This document shows, piece after piece, positions 30,401 to 40,949 of a stretch of 50,344 bases of DNA. How positions within the stretch are numbered: position 1 is the first letter of the stretch; each line of letters opens with the position of its first letter. The notes under the pieces were generated by a model that was given only the letters and a program-made list of their open reading frames with translations, was not told where the DNA came from and searched no databases. The translations under genes and the position numbers were made by a program. This stretch comes from an uncultured Pelagibacteraceae bacterium (GTDB taxonomy: Bacteria; Pseudomonadota; Alphaproteobacteria; Pelagibacterales; AG-422-B15), in NCBI GenBank assembly GCA_902605215.1, contig CACLBX010000004.1, forward strand, positions 1 to 50,344, in the 5' to 3' direction.

Positions 30401-30647
30401 AACTATGCTGGGATTAATTCCTTTAGCATTGAATTACAGCATCGATCCAATAGCGAGAACAATTGAGTATGATTCAAATGTGAGTGGTTTTTGGACATCG
30501 CTTGCACAATGCATTGTATACGGTTTGAGTTTCTCAGCAATCTTGACGTTGATCGTTACACCTTGCTTACTTATTTTGCCTTCACATGTGCGCAGTTATG
30601 TAAATAATAGTAAACTTTTTTCATTTACCACAAAAAATGCTTCGTAA
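27492..30647 (+). CDS. AcrB/AcrD/AcrF family RND transporter (copy 1)
   Basis: GTG start; PG.SPED.E.LL.KPIE, GMLIDG..VVVE, GIVVNNNIILID, RLRPIFLTT.TT. Confidence 0.95.
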   Translation: MVDFLVDRKRTALALLLVLIFAGIIGRMNIPIENRPEITIPVVYVGVSLPGISPEDAERLLLKPIEDEVRSIEGIDELQGFALENFAAVIVKFDAAETMKKSLDKVRDAVNDAKVKFPDEANDPMVREVSVTEDPTIILSISSKSASERFILDLAREIKKDVELIPAIFEAEMVGGRQEQLEAVINRTQLESYNISFMEIISSVANNNQVVTAGEIKTAQGQFSVNVPGLFETARDVYELPIRSTDNSSVLLSDISELKRNFRDRENYTKVNGEIGVSLLIKKARGENVIETIDEVERIVDKYKSKVSSDVSFNYVMDTRSYISDNVDSLQGNIILATVVVLLVTMIALGIRSSLIVGSGIPVSILITIFVMYALGYNYNFMVMFGILVALGMLIDGSLVVVELADRKMLEGFSKQEAYVYSAKRMFWPIVASSATTLAVFAPLFFWPGVSGQFMSVLPLTIFIVLSIALVFSLMFVPVIGSVFGKPSNASADVYRSLGSDQGINLKELTGYVGKYVNILSYVIKRPIITLSLIFFVIFGIIATYSNFGKGMVFFTSNDPYFGVVKVYARGNLSVEEVNDLAQEVEDAMINQFGIKSYFLQTGQFSSVGPSGGGSSEDLIATAYFEFIERGKRENGHKIMDDLRNELGNISGIKYEVIEETGGPPVGKDLEIRITGPTSDILVPVTKSLRDYIDNLDELISIEDTLPIPLVDWELTIDKPKAAQFGVDIFTIGTAIKLVTEGIMIGKYRPNDIDEELEIYVRYPESDRSIDQLDNVMIESSVGKVPISNFLTKKPKQNVSFIRRWDARNAMYIKANVTEGTSTGEVVEKLSDWADDQAFPPNVDIAYGGENEEQNDSMKFIVQAFIISVLIMAALLVTQFNSFYQCFIILTAVIISTAGVYLGLLVFDQAFSAILHGIGIVSLAGIVVNNNIILIDAYNFVSNKNKDDVYNNVLKACAQRLRPIFLTTITTMLGLIPLALNYSIDPIARTIEYDSNVSGFWTSLAQCIVYGLSFSAILTLIVTPCLLILPSHVRSYVNNSKLFSFTTKNAS

Positions 30648-33600
30648 TATTTTAGCCTCTATTCTTTTCAGAAAAAAAACAATATCAACAATCTTGTTAA
30701 TGATTGTTTTACTTGGTGTGCTTTCTTATGTGACTTTTCCAAAAGAAGAAATGCCAGAAATTGATCTTAAAACAGTAGCATTGATTGTTGAGTACAAAGG
30801 AATGTCATCAAGCGAAATAGAAAAACTTATAACTGAACCGCTTGAGAGAAAATTGATGTCTCTTCAGGATATTGATGAAATTGTTTCAATATCAAAGGAT
30901 AATATCGCCTCTTTCATGATTGCCTTTGAACTTAATACTAAAATTCAAAATTTATCTAAGCTCATAAGAAATACAATTACTGACGCATCTGAAGAACTTC
31001 CCGAAGAAATGGAAATTATTGAAGTAAAAGAATATGATTCCTCAATGTTTTCAAATATTTACGTTGGTATTTATGGCGATGTCCCCTATGACATTTTAGA
31101 AAAAACTGCAAACGCATATAAAGACCAGCTAGAAAAAATTAATAATGTAACTGAGGTAGATATAGTTGGAAAAAGGGATGAAATTGTCAAAGTTACTCTC
31201 GATCCATCCCTTCTTCGCAAATACGAACTTGATGTTTCAGATGTTTATGGAGCGTTAAGAAAATATAATAATATTGTACCCGCTGGAACACTTGTCAGTG
31301 ATGATGCTAACTATTCAATAAAAATTCCTGGTCTTTATGAAAACTATAGGGAAATAGGTGAACTCCCTATTAAAATGGATAAAGGCTTTATATTAAAACT
31401 TGATGATATTTCAGAAATTAAGAGAACTTATGACGATAAAAAAAATATTGTAATTGTTAACGGAAAAACTGCATTAAACATGCAAATATCAAGAAAAGCT
31501 GGGACCAATATTATTGATACATATAATTCAGTTAAGAAGGTACTGAGGATTAATGATGGAAAATTTCATCCTGATATCAAGACACAAATAATAGACGATG
31601 AATCTGAGCAAGTTGAGCAGAGAATTGAATCCTCAGAAAATACCGTCATAACTGCAGTCATACTTGTAATGATTATTGTCATAGCAGCACTAGGCATAAG
31701 AAGTGGGACAATTGTGGGACTCTCAATTCCAACTACATACTTATTTTCCATCTTAATTTTGGACTCTATGGGACTGACTTATAATTTAATGACTGTTTTT
31801 GGACTCATCTTGTCAGTTGGACTGCTAGTAGATGGGCCAATTGTGATAACTGAATATGCGCGCTCAGAACAAGAACGTGGAGTTCGTCGAAGAGATTCAT
31901 ATATTAATTCCTCTCATACTATGTTTTGGCCAATTGTAGCTTCTTCACTAACAACAATTGCAGCTTTCTTTCCGTTATTATTTTGGCCTGACATGCTTGG
32001 TCAATGGCTAAGGGTAATTCCTTTGACTGTAATTGTTGTGCTATCAACATCATTAGTGGTTTCTCTTATTTTTCTGCCAGCAATGGGATCAATGATAGAG
32101 AGAAAAACGGCCCAAATGTCTGATGAAAACAAAAGAAAAGAAGGATATTTCCTTAGAGTCTATGAAAGAAGTGTATCACGAGCAATAAGAAGTCCATTGA
32201 TAGTTTTGCTTTTAACTATTTTTACATTTCTATCGGTTATTTTCATCTATAGCCAATATAATAATGGTGTTATTTTCTTTCCTAATGATAAAGCAACAAA
32301 CGCTCGAGTTGAGGTTATGGCGCGAGGAAATTTTTCTCCCACAGAAACAGCCGAATATATAAAAGAAGTTGTAGAAGTTGTAGAGTCTAACCCTTATATC
32401 GGAAACTACGTTGCAAATACAATAAATAGAAACCGTATTTGGCTTTTTGATCAAAGTCCAACTGATATAGTTGGCAGGCTGTGGATTGATTTAATTCCAG
32501 AAGATGAGAGACCTGATAGTGATCTGGTACTACAAGATATACAAGATGAATTAAGTAAGATTAGTGGATACGAAGCTAGGATTTCAGGGAATACTTATAG
32601 TTCAGCAATTGTTGGTCCAAAAGATATCGAGATCGAAATCTCCTCAGCAAATAAATTTGTTTTAAGACAGGTAGCAGAAATAATAAAAGACAAATTGACG
32701 AACTCAAAAGAAGTAAAAGATATTGAAATAAAATACCCTATAACTGGCGTAGAATGGGAATATAAGGTTGATAGAAAACAAACTGGAAAATACAACGTAT
32801 CAATTCAACAAATTGGCTCTATTATCAATCTAGCAACAACTGGTGCAAAGATTGGTGCATTAAGACCAATTAATAAGAATGAAGAAATAGATATTAAATT
32901 ATTTTTACCAGAGAATATGCGTTCACTTGATGAAGTTGAAAACTTATTTATACAAACTGACTCTGGCTCTGTACCAATTTCAAGATTCATAGAGAAAGAG
33001 CCCAATAAAAAAATATTTTCTATTGGCCGGAAAGATTCCTCAAGAATATTGATGGTAGATGCAAATACTGCTGAAGGATATAAAACAGCTGATCAAATAA
33101 GAAAAATAAAATACTGGTTGACGCAGGCTAATCTTCCAATTGACGTTAAAGTTAAGCTTATAGGAGAAGCAGAAGACTCAAGATCTTCTCAAGTATTTAT
33201 ATTATCGGCATTTGCTGCAGCATTGTTACTTATGTTTATAATTTTGATATCTTTATTCAATAATTTCTATCACACATTTTTAGTACTTTTTTCTATTGTA
33301 CTATCTACTACAGGGGTATTTGTTGGACTACTCGTATTACAGCTTCCATTCAGCGGCGTAATGACTGGACTTGGAATTGTTGCATGTACTGGGATAGTTG
33401 TTAATAACAATATTATTTTAATAGATAGTTATAGAAAAATTAAAAAGAACGAAAGTGATCGATTTGTTGCAATTATTGCCGCTGCTAAAAGTCGGATAAG
33501 ACCTATTTTTTTAACAACAATAACAACTGTGTTTGGTCTTCTTCCCTCAGCATTGCAAATAAGCGTTGACGTATTTGACAGAACAATCAGTTATAAGAGT

Positions 33601-33783
33601 GCGGAAAGTTACTTCGTTGAGCCTTTAGCTTGGGCAATCGTTTTTGGTCTTTCATTTGCTACCATTGCAACTTTGTTTGTTACGCCTGCCCTACTGGCTT
33701 TGCCTAATAGCTTAAATGTTTTTTTTAGTAGATTTAAGAATTACAGAGGTATACCAAATATTAAAAGTAATTTAGTAAATTAA
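30637..33783 (+). CDS. AcrB/AcrD/AcrF family RND transporter (copy 2)
   Basis: GLLVDGPIVITE, GIVVNNNIILID, RIRPIFLTTITT; 1048 aa. Confidence 0.93.
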   Translation: MLRNILASILFRKKTISTILLMIVLLGVLSYVTFPKEEMPEIDLKTVALIVEYKGMSSSEIEKLITEPLERKLMSLQDIDEIVSISKDNIASFMIAFELNTKIQNLSKLIRNTITDASEELPEEMEIIEVKEYDSSMFSNIYVGIYGDVPYDILEKTANAYKDQLEKINNVTEVDIVGKRDEIVKVTLDPSLLRKYELDVSDVYGALRKYNNIVPAGTLVSDDANYSIKIPGLYENYREIGELPIKMDKGFILKLDDISEIKRTYDDKKNIVIVNGKTALNMQISRKAGTNIIDTYNSVKKVLRINDGKFHPDIKTQIIDDESEQVEQRIESSENTVITAVILVMIIVIAALGIRSGTIVGLSIPTTYLFSILILDSMGLTYNLMTVFGLILSVGLLVDGPIVITEYARSEQERGVRRRDSYINSSHTMFWPIVASSLTTIAAFFPLLFWPDMLGQWLRVIPLTVIVVLSTSLVVSLIFLPAMGSMIERKTAQMSDENKRKEGYFLRVYERSVSRAIRSPLIVLLLTIFTFLSVIFIYSQYNNGVIFFPNDKATNARVEVMARGNFSPTETAEYIKEVVEVVESNPYIGNYVANTINRNRIWLFDQSPTDIVGRLWIDLIPEDERPDSDLVLQDIQDELSKISGYEARISGNTYSSAIVGPKDIEIEISSANKFVLRQVAEIIKDKLTNSKEVKDIEIKYPITGVEWEYKVDRKQTGKYNVSIQQIGSIINLATTGAKIGALRPINKNEEIDIKLFLPENMRSLDEVENLFIQTDSGSVPISRFIEKEPNKKIFSIGRKDSSRILMVDANTAEGYKTADQIRKIKYWLTQANLPIDVKVKLIGEAEDSRSSQVFILSAFAAALLLMFIILISLFNNFYHTFLVLFSIVLSTTGVFVGLLVLQLPFSGVMTGLGIVACTGIVVNNNIILIDSYRKIKKNESDRFVAIIAAAKSRIRPIFLTTITTVFGLLPSALQISVDVFDRTISYKSAESYFVEPLAWAIVFGLSFATIATLFVTPALLALPNSLNVFFSRFKNYRGIPNIKSNLVN

Positions 33784-33785
33784 AT

Positions 33786-34334
33786 ATGAAATCAATTGCT
33801 GTTTATTGTAGCTCTTCAAATAAAATCAGTAAAACTTTCAATGATGAAGTCTCTAAAATTGGTAAACTCCTAGCTCAAGCAAAATTAAAAATTATATATG
33901 GTGGAGGGGATATGGGCCTTATGGGTGAACTATCCAAAAGTGCTACTCAGGCGGGCGGTGAAGTAAAAGGAATAATAACTGAACACCTAATAAATATTGA
34001 ACGAAAAAATGTAAGTGAAAATAATGTAAGAATTGTCAATACTATGCATGAAAGAAAGATTGAAATGTACAATTCTGCCGACTCCTTTCTTATTCTCCCA
34101 GGCGGTATCGGTACTCTAGAGGAATTTTTTGAAGTACTGTCTTGGAAACAGCTGAACCTTCATAATAAACCAATTTTTATATATAATTTTGAAAATTTCT
34201 GGGACCCTCTTGTTGAATTGATAGAGCACATGATCAAAAACAATTTTGCTGGTGAAAATATGAAAGAAGCATATAAGGTAATCAAAAATCATTCAGAATT
34301 AGAAAAAGAACTGAGAATCCGTGAAGAAAATTAA
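33786..34334 (+). CDS. LOG family (TIGR00730) nucleotide phosphoribohydrolase
   Basis: [22 protein letters not shown]. Confidence 0.92.
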   Translation: MKSIAVYCSSSNKISKTFNDEVSKIGKLLAQAKLKIIYGGGDMGLMGELSKSATQAGGEVKGIITEHLINIERKNVSENNVRIVNTMHERKIEMYNSADSFLILPGGIGTLEEFFEVLSWKQLNLHNKPIFIYNFENFWDPLVELIEHMIKNNFAGENMKEAYKVIKNHSELEKELRIREEN

Positions 34335-35550
34335 AGTTAAAACACCGCTAGTCGAGATAGATGGTGATGAGATGACAAGAATTATCTGGCAGTTTATCAA
34401 AGATAAACTCATACTTCCTTATCTTGATATTGAACTTGATTATTACGATCTCGGAGTTGAAAGCAGAGATAGAACCAATGATAAAATTACAGTAGACTCT
34501 GCAAATGCCATCAAGAAATACGGAGTTGGAGTTAAATGCGCCACAATAACTCCTGATGAAGATCGGGTAGAAGAATTTAAACTAAAGGAAATGTGGCGCT
34601 CACCAAATGGAACTATAAGAAATATACTAGGTGGAACAGTTTTTAGAGAGCCGATTGTTTGTAAAAATGTCCCTAGACTTGTGCCTGGATGGACTGATCC
34701 CATAGTCGTAGGCAGGCACGCATTTGGGGATCAATATAAAGCAACGGATTTTAAAGTTCCTGGCAAAGGAAAATTAAGCATTAAATGGACACCTGAAGAT
34801 CCGTATATGGAACCGATCGAAAAAGAAGTTTATGAATTTCAATCAAGTGGCGTAGCCATGGCGATGTATAATACAGACGAGTCGATCAGAGACTTTGCAA
34901 GATCTTGCATGAACTATGCATTGATGCGTGAATGGCCTGTTTATCTATCTACTAAAAATACTATTTTGAAACAATACGACGGTCGTTTCAAAGATCTCTT
35001 TCAAGAGATATATGAAAAAGACTTTGCTGAGAAATTTAAATCACTCGATCTAGATTATGAGCATCGATTAATAGATGATATGGTCGCATCTGCGTTGAAA
35101 TGGAATGGAAAATTTGTATGGGCATGCAAAAACTATGACGGGGACGTACAATCAGATACTGTTGCTCAAGGATTTGGCTCACTAGGACTCATGACAAGCG
35201 TGCTTATGACGCCAGACGGAAAAACGATCGAAGCAGAAGCTGCGCATGGAACAGTCACAAGACATTTTAGATTGCATCAAGAAGGCAAGCAAACTTCAAC
35301 GAACCCTATAGCCTCTATATTTGCTTGGTCAAGAGGTCTTAAATATCGTGGAAAGCTGGATGAGAATGAACAACTTATTGAATTTGCAGATAAGTTGGAA
35401 AAAGTATGCGTTGAGACAGTTGAAACTGGATCAATGACAAAGGATCTAGCTCTGCTGATGCCTCATGAACAAGATTGGCATAGTACAGAAGATTTTTTAG
35501 AAATTATTGAGCGTAACCTTAATAATAAACTTACTGTAACTTACCAATAA
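34321..35550 (+). CDS. icd: NADP-dependent isocitrate dehydrogenase
   Basis: [49 protein letters not shown]. Confidence 0.98.
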   Translation: MKKIKVKTPLVEIDGDEMTRIIWQFIKDKLILPYLDIELDYYDLGVESRDRTNDKITVDSANAIKKYGVGVKCATITPDEDRVEEFKLKEMWRSPNGTIRNILGGTVFREPIVCKNVPRLVPGWTDPIVVGRHAFGDQYKATDFKVPGKGKLSIKWTPEDPYMEPIEKEVYEFQSSGVAMAMYNTDESIRDFARSCMNYALMREWPVYLSTKNTILKQYDGRFKDLFQEIYEKDFAEKFKSLDLDYEHRLIDDMVASALKWNGKFVWACKNYDGDVQSDTVAQGFGSLGLMTSVLMTPDGKTIEAEAAHGTVTRHFRLHQEGKQTSTNPIASIFAWSRGLKYRGKLDENEQLIEFADKLEKVCVETVETGSMTKDLALLMPHEQDWHSTEDFLEIIERNLNNKLTVTYQ

Positions 35551-38113
35551 TAAATTTTCTTAGCTCTCTTTTTTGATCATCTTCATTAATCAACATGCCT
35601 CCTGATTGGGCAAAATCTTTTCTACCTCCACCACCTTTTCCATTTGAAATAGAGGACGCAAATTTAGCAATTTCATCTGCACCAATTTTATCAGTCAATT
35701 GATCAGTTACGCCTATTAGAAAACTTAGCTTATCACCTTTTTTAGCACAAAGAATTATAACACCGTGATCTGATATTAGTTTTTTGTACTTATCTATAAG
35801 TGGTCTCAGTTCATTAATTAATACATTCTCACAGAATTCAATAATAATATTGTGATCCGAGTTATTGCCAATACTTAATTCTATTGCTTCTTTAAGCTGT
35901 CTTATATTTTCTGTAGAAGCTTCTTTTTCTTTTTCAATGTCCTGTTTTTTTTCTTCTGATTTAAGATCTTCTTTCTTCTTTTCTTCGTTAAATTTTAATA
36001 GGTCATCGCCTCTCAAAGCTTCAATTCTTCTTACTCCTGATGCAGCTGAGGACTCACTTACAATTTTTAATTCTCCTATTTCATTGGTATTAGAAACATG
36101 GGTTCCTCCACATAACTCTGTGCTGTATGTTTTATCATTAGATTTTCCTATCTTGAGAACCCTAACTTCATCTGAATACTTTTCTCCAAACAGGGCAAGA
36201 GCACCAGCCTTTACTGCATCATCCGGTGACATAATTAGTGTCTCTACCTTAGAACCAGTTTTAATAACTTCGTTTACTTTATTTTGAACATCTTCGATCT
36301 CTAGATTTGTCATTGATTTATGATGACTAAAATCAAACCTTAATTTATCATTTGAGACTAAGGATCCTTTCTGTGTAACGTGCTCCCCTAACCTGTCTCT
36401 AAGAGATTGGTGTAAAATATGTGTGGCTGAATGATAAGCTTTACAATCATTTCTTTGTTCTTGGTTAACTGATAAAACTGCATTAGATCCATTTTTAATT
36501 GTTCCTTTAATCATGACTCCTATGTGCAGAATTAACTTGTCCTTTTTTTGAGTATCCATAACTGAAAACTCAAAATCTTCTCCCTGTATCACTCCCGTAT
36601 CTCCAATTTGCCCGCCCGACTCAGCATAAAATACAGTTTGGTTAAGCATAATAATTCCTTCTTCTTTTTCTGTTAATTCAGCGACTCTTTTATCATCTTT
36701 AATAATTGACAGAACTTCACCTTGAGTTTCAATACCATTGTACCCAAGAAATTCAGTAGCTAATAATTCTTTGTTTAATTCAAACCAAATCTTATCAGTC
36801 ATAGAACCACCTGCACCTGACCAATTCTTTCTAGCTAATTCTTTTTGCGCTTCAAGTTTTTTATTAAAACCATCTATATCTATAGAAATATTATTACTTC
36901 TCAAAATGTCCTGCGTAAGATCAATGGGAAATCCGTAAGTGTCATAAAGTTTAAACGCTGAGTCTCCTGAAAAAGTATCACCAGATCGTAAATCTTTAGT
37001 TATATTATCTAGCTGCGAAATGCCTTTATCTAGAAGATTCTTAAATTTTTCCTCTTCATACTTCAACGTCTCTTTTATTAATATTTCAGCTCTTAATAAT
37101 TCTGGATATGCTTCCTTCATATTAAGCATTAACGTGGGCACTAATTGGTGCATCAACGTATCATTATAATCAAGTAGATGAACATGCCGCATTGCTCTTC
37201 TCATTATTCTTCTTAGCACATATCCTCTTCCTTCATTAGAAGGCAATACCCCGTCTGCAATCAAGAAGCATGAGGAACGTAAATGATCAGCAATAACTCT
37301 ATGACTTGAAATTAGCTTAGCATCATCAGATTTAGTAATCTCTATAGAATTACCAATAATCTCTTTTATACTGTCAACTTTATAATTATCATTAGTTCCT
37401 TGCATAACGGCTGCAATTCGCTCAATGCCCATCCCTGTATCAATAGAAGGTTTTGGAAGATCTATTCTTTCATTGGAATTCAATTGTTCGAACTGCATAA
37501 ATACTAAATTCCATATCTCTACAAACCTGTCCCCAGTTTCATCGGCTTCACTAGGAAGCTTTCCATTAAACTGATCACCATGATCATAAAATATTTCAGA
37601 ACAAGGTCCGCAAGGACCAGTTTCACCCATTGACCAAAAATTATCTTTTGTAGATATTCTGATTATCCTATCATCGTTAAGGCCAGCAACTTTTTTCCAA
37701 GATTCATACGCCTGTTCATCATCATGATAGATTGTAACGCATAGTTTATCTTTGTTTATATCAAGTTCAGATGTTATAAATTTCCAGGCATACTCAATTG
37801 CATCTTCTTTAAAATAATCACCAAAAGAAAAGTTGCCCAACATTTCAAAAAAAGTGTGGTGTCTTAACGTATAGCCAACATTCTCTAAATCATTATGCTT
37901 ACCTCCAGCCCTGATGCACTTTTGGGCAGTGACTGCTCGCTTGTAGTCTCTACTTTCTAATCCAGTAAATACATTTTTAAATTGTACCATTCCTGAATTG
38001 GCAAACATAAGTGTCGGATCATTCTGTGGAACAAGTGGACTCGAATGAATATGCTTATGGCCCTGGTTTTCAAAATATGAAATGAAAGCGTTTCTAAGAT
38101 CATTAATTCTCAT
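35531..38113 (-). CDS. alaS: Alanine--tRNA ligase
   Basis: [57 protein letters not shown]. Confidence 0.99.
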   Translation of the reverse strand: MRINDLRNAFISYFENQGHKHIHSSPLVPQNDPTLMFANSGMVQFKNVFTGLESRDYKRAVTAQKCIRAGGKHNDLENVGYTLRHHTFFEMLGNFSFGDYFKEDAIEYAWKFITSELDINKDKLCVTIYHDDEQAYESWKKVAGLNDDRIIRISTKDNFWSMGETGPCGPCSEIFYDHGDQFNGKLPSEADETGDRFVEIWNLVFMQFEQLNSNERIDLPKPSIDTGMGIERIAAVMQGTNDNYKVDSIKEIIGNSIEITKSDDAKLISSHRVIADHLRSSCFLIADGVLPSNEGRGYVLRRIMRRAMRHVHLLDYNDTLMHQLVPTLMLNMKEAYPELLRAEILIKETLKYEEEKFKNLLDKGISQLDNITKDLRSGDTFSGDSAFKLYDTYGFPIDLTQDILRSNNISIDIDGFNKKLEAQKELARKNWSGAGGSMTDKIWFELNKELLATEFLGYNGIETQGEVLSIIKDDKRVAELTEKEEGIIMLNQTVFYAESGGQIGDTGVIQGEDFEFSVMDTQKKDKLILHIGVMIKGTIKNGSNAVLSVNQEQRNDCKAYHSATHILHQSLRDRLGEHVTQKGSLVSNDKLRFDFSHHKSMTNLEIEDVQNKVNEVIKTGSKVETLIMSPDDAVKAGALALFGEKYSDEVRVLKIGKSNDKTYSTELCGGTHVSNTNEIGELKIVSESSAASGVRRIEALRGDDLLKFNEEKKKEDLKSEEKKQDIEKEKEASTENIRQLKEAIELSIGNNSDHNIIIEFCENVLINELRPLIDKYKKLISDHGVIILCAKKGDKLSFLIGVTDQLTDKIGADEIAKFASSISNGKGGGGRKDFAQSGGMLINEDDQKRELRKFIIGKLQ

Positions 38114-38144
38114 ATGTTACGTATAACATCCTGTTGAATAAAAC

Positions 38145-38174
38145 GCAAAAAGGCGCTTTTCAGCGCCTCCTTGC
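38145..38174 (-). terminator. Intrinsic terminator after recA
   Basis: Minus strand AGGCGCT-gaaa-AGCGCCT followed by TTTTgcgTTTT, about 25 nt after the recA stop. Confidence 0.8.
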
Positions 38175-38199
38175 TATGATCAATTATTATAGTTAAAAA

Positions 38200-39279
38200 T
38201 TATTCTTCTACTGTTTCTTCAGATTCTGGATTTTCACCAATTTGTTCAGGCATTTCTTCTGACTGCCCTCTAATTATAGACTCAATTTCTTGAGCTATGG
38301 CAGGATTTTCCTTAAGGAAGATCTTAGAATTTTCTCTTCCTTGCCCGATTTTCTCACCTTTATAAGAGAACCATGCTCCAGATTTTTCTACGGTTCCTAC
38401 TTTAACTCCAAGGTCAATAAGTTCACCTAACTTAGAAATACCTTCACCGTACATTATGTCAAACTCAACCAATCTAAACGGTGGTGCAACTTTGTTCTTT
38501 ACAACTTTAACTCTAGTTTGGTTTCCAATGATTTCATCTTTATCTTTGATTGCACCAATTCTTCTAATGTCCAATCTACAAGATGAATAAAACTTTAGAG
38601 CGTTTCCTCCTGCAGTTGTCTCAGGGCTTCCGAACATGACACCTATTTTCATTCTAATTTGGTTAATAAAGATAACCATGCAATTAGATTTTGAAACTGA
38701 TCCAGTTAGCTTTCTCAATGCCTGACTCATTAGCCTAGCTTGAAGGCCCATATGTGCGTCACCCATTTCTCCCTCAATTTCTGCCTTCGGCGTCAATGCA
38801 GCTACTGAGTCTACTACAAGTACTGATATTGCCTTTGATCGAACTAGTGAATCTGTAATCTCTAATGCTTGCTCTCCTGTATCAGGTTGAGAAATTAGCA
38901 ATTCATCAATATTCACCCCTAATTTCTTAGCGTATGCAGGATCCAATGCATGCTCTGCATCAATGAACGCGCAGTTCTCACCATTCTTTTGTGCTTCTGC
39001 GATTACATGAAGAGCTAAAGTAGTTTTACCAGATGATTCCGGACCATAAATCTCAACAATTCTTCCTTTTGGCAAGCCGCCAATTCCCAACGCCACGTCT
39101 AAGGACAAGGATCCAGTTGAAATTGCTTCTATATCCATTGCTGTTCTTTGACCCAGCTTCATAATTGAACCTTTTCCATAGGTCTGCTCAATTTGAGACA
39201 TTGCTACATCTAAGGCTTTTGCTTTTTCAGAGTTGTCCATTTTTTTATCGTCTACTACTTTCAAATTTGCTTTGCTCAT
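38200..39279 (-). CDS. recA: Recombinase A
   Basis: [37 protein letters not shown]. Confidence 0.99.
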   Translation of the reverse strand: MSKANLKVVDDKKMDNSEKAKALDVAMSQIEQTYGKGSIMKLGQRTAMDIEAISTGSLSLDVALGIGGLPKGRIVEIYGPESSGKTTLALHVIAEAQKNGENCAFIDAEHALDPAYAKKLGVNIDELLISQPDTGEQALEITDSLVRSKAISVLVVDSVAALTPKAEIEGEMGDAHMGLQARLMSQALRKLTGSVSKSNCMVIFINQIRMKIGVMFGSPETTAGGNALKFYSSCRLDIRRIGAIKDKDEIIGNQTRVKVVKNKVAPPFRLVEFDIMYGEGISKLGELIDLGVKVGTVEKSGAWFSYKGEKIGQGRENSKIFLKENPAIAQEIESIIRGQSEEMPEQIGENPESEETVEE

Positions 39280-39317
39280 CTGCTTTCTCCAAACTGTAAT
39301 TTATAATTGTTCTCAAT

Positions 39318-39332
39318 GTACACATTTTGTTC
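39318..39332. promoter_or_regulatory. Alphaproteobacterial LexA box (proximal)
   Basis: GTAC-acatttt-GTTC, i.e. GAAC-N7-GTAC on the recA strand, about 40 bp upstream of recA. Confidence 0.75.
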
Positions 39333-39384
39333 TATTTTTACAATACTACTTAAATTACTGTTTTTATTGTATAAAATATAATTT

Positions 39385-39399
39385 GTTCAATTAATGTTC
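39385..39399. promoter_or_regulatory. Alphaproteobacterial LexA box (distal)
   Basis: GTTC-aattaat-GTTC, perfect GTTC-N7-GTTC. Confidence 0.7.
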
Positions 39400-39512
39400 T
39401 TATATTTTATATTTTTATCAACAGGTGATTCTATTTACAGATGTTACATCCATAAGCAAAATACGTGTATAAATATATAAATTTGGCTGATTTTCTTTGT
39501 TAATAAGTTTTT

Positions 39513-39923
39513 CTAGTCGTCAGAATGCAATTTTTCGTTTCTTTCATGCATTTCTTGAGCCTCTATGCTAAGTGTCGTTACTGGTCTAGCGTCTAATCTC
39601 TCAATATTAATGGGCTCCCCTGTAACTTCGCAGTAACCATAACTTCCATTTTCGATTCTAGCTAATGCTTCATCTATTTTAGCAACTAATTTTCGTTGCC
39701 TATCTCTTGATTTAAGTTCTAGTGTTTTTTCTGATTCTTGTGTAGCCCTATCAGACATGTCAGCTGGGGCGATTGAATCCTGAAGATTTTCTACAGTTTC
39801 TCTGCTTTCTTTGTAAATGTCATTCTTCCAATCTTTAAGCTTTGTTCTAAAATATTCCTTTTGTTTCGCATTCATGAATTTTTCAGATTTTGTAGGCTTG
39901 TAGCTCTTTGGAAGTTTCACCAT
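39513..39923 (-). CDS. dksA: RNA polymerase-binding transcription factor DksA (single-Cys type)
   Basis: FMN.KQ.EYFR.KL..W, D..DRA, R.RKL..KID.AL.RI..G.YGYCE.TGEPI...RL.ARP. Confidence 0.96.
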   Translation of the reverse strand: MVKLPKSYKPTKSEKFMNAKQKEYFRTKLKDWKNDIYKESRETVENLQDSIAPADMSDRATQESEKTLELKSRDRQRKLVAKIDEALARIENGSYGYCEVTGEPINIERLDARPVTTLSIEAQEMHERNEKLHSDD

Positions 39924-40066
39924 GTTTACTCCTTTTGGATTTAGAATTAAAAACAGTCTGGTGCTTTTAGTAGTTTTTGATATTTAAGTCAATTGAACAA
40001 TACAATTTTTATGATTGATATATAGCTAAAATATAATATGTTTCCTGAAACAATTTTAAGAATTTT

Positions 40067-40921
40067 ATGAAATTTGAAGGCACAAGTTCATATATAGCTA
40101 CTGAGGACCTTAAAGTTGCAGTTAATGCAGCTATAACCTTGGAAAGACCAATTATAGTAAAAGGAGAGCCTGGCACCGGCAAAACTATGCTGGCTCATGA
40201 GGTTGCTCAATCATTAGGGGCTGAGATTATTACATGGCATATTAAGTCAACGACCAAAGCTCAACAGGGGCTGTATGAGTATGATGCTGTTACTAGATTA
40301 AGAGACTCTCAGCTTGGAGATGAAAAAGTAAAAGATATTAAAAATTATATAAGTAAGGGTAAATTGTGGAATGCTTTTGAAAGTAATAAAAGACCTGTAC
40401 TTTTAATTGATGAGATTGATAAAGCAGATATTGAATTTCCAAACGATCTTCTTCTCGAACTTGATAAAATGGAATTTTTTGTTTATGAGACAGGAGAAAC
40501 CATAAAGGCAGAAAATAGACCTATTGTAATCATCACTTCAAATAACGAAAAAGAACTACCTGATGCCTTTTTAAGGAGATGTTTTTTTCATTATATTAAG
40601 TTTCCTGATCCAGATACTATGGAAGAGATTGTTAATGTGCATTATCCAGAAATTAAAAAAGACCTGATACAAGAAGCATTTAAGATTTTTTATGATATTA
40701 GAGAAGTCCCAGGTATCAAAAAAAAGCCATCAACATCAGAGCTTATTGATTGGCTTAAATTGTTGATGACCGATGACGTGGATGCAAAGATATTGAGGGA
40801 AAAAGATCCTAAAAAACTAATTCCACCTCTTCATGGAGCCCTTCTAAAAAATGAGCAAGATGTCCATTTATTCGAGCGATTAGCCTTTATCTCTCGAAGA
40901 GAAAATGAGAATCTTGAGTAG
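40067..40921 (+). CDS. MoxR family AAA+ ATPase
   Basis: KGEPGTGKT, LLIDEIDKAD.EFPNDLL, TSNNEKELPDAFLRRC. Confidence 0.95.
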   Translation: MKFEGTSSYIATEDLKVAVNAAITLERPIIVKGEPGTGKTMLAHEVAQSLGAEIITWHIKSTTKAQQGLYEYDAVTRLRDSQLGDEKVKDIKNYISKGKLWNAFESNKRPVLLIDEIDKADIEFPNDLLLELDKMEFFVYETGETIKAENRPIVIITSNNEKELPDAFLRRCFFHYIKFPDPDTMEEIVNVHYPEIKKDLIQEAFKIFYDIREVPGIKKKPSTSELIDWLKLLMTDDVDAKILREKDPKKLIPPLHGALLKNEQDVHLFERLAFISRRENENLE

Positions 40922-40949
40922 AACTGATTTTTCATTAAGATAAATTAAT

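Noticed and set aside
38114-38129. Palindrome ATGTTA-cgta-TAACAT just upstream of alaS
   Set aside because: Short, AT-rich single occurrence with no corroborating sites.
39513-39923. DksA lacking the four-Cys zinc finger
   Set aside because: Single-Cys DksA is established in alphaproteobacteria and is not novel.
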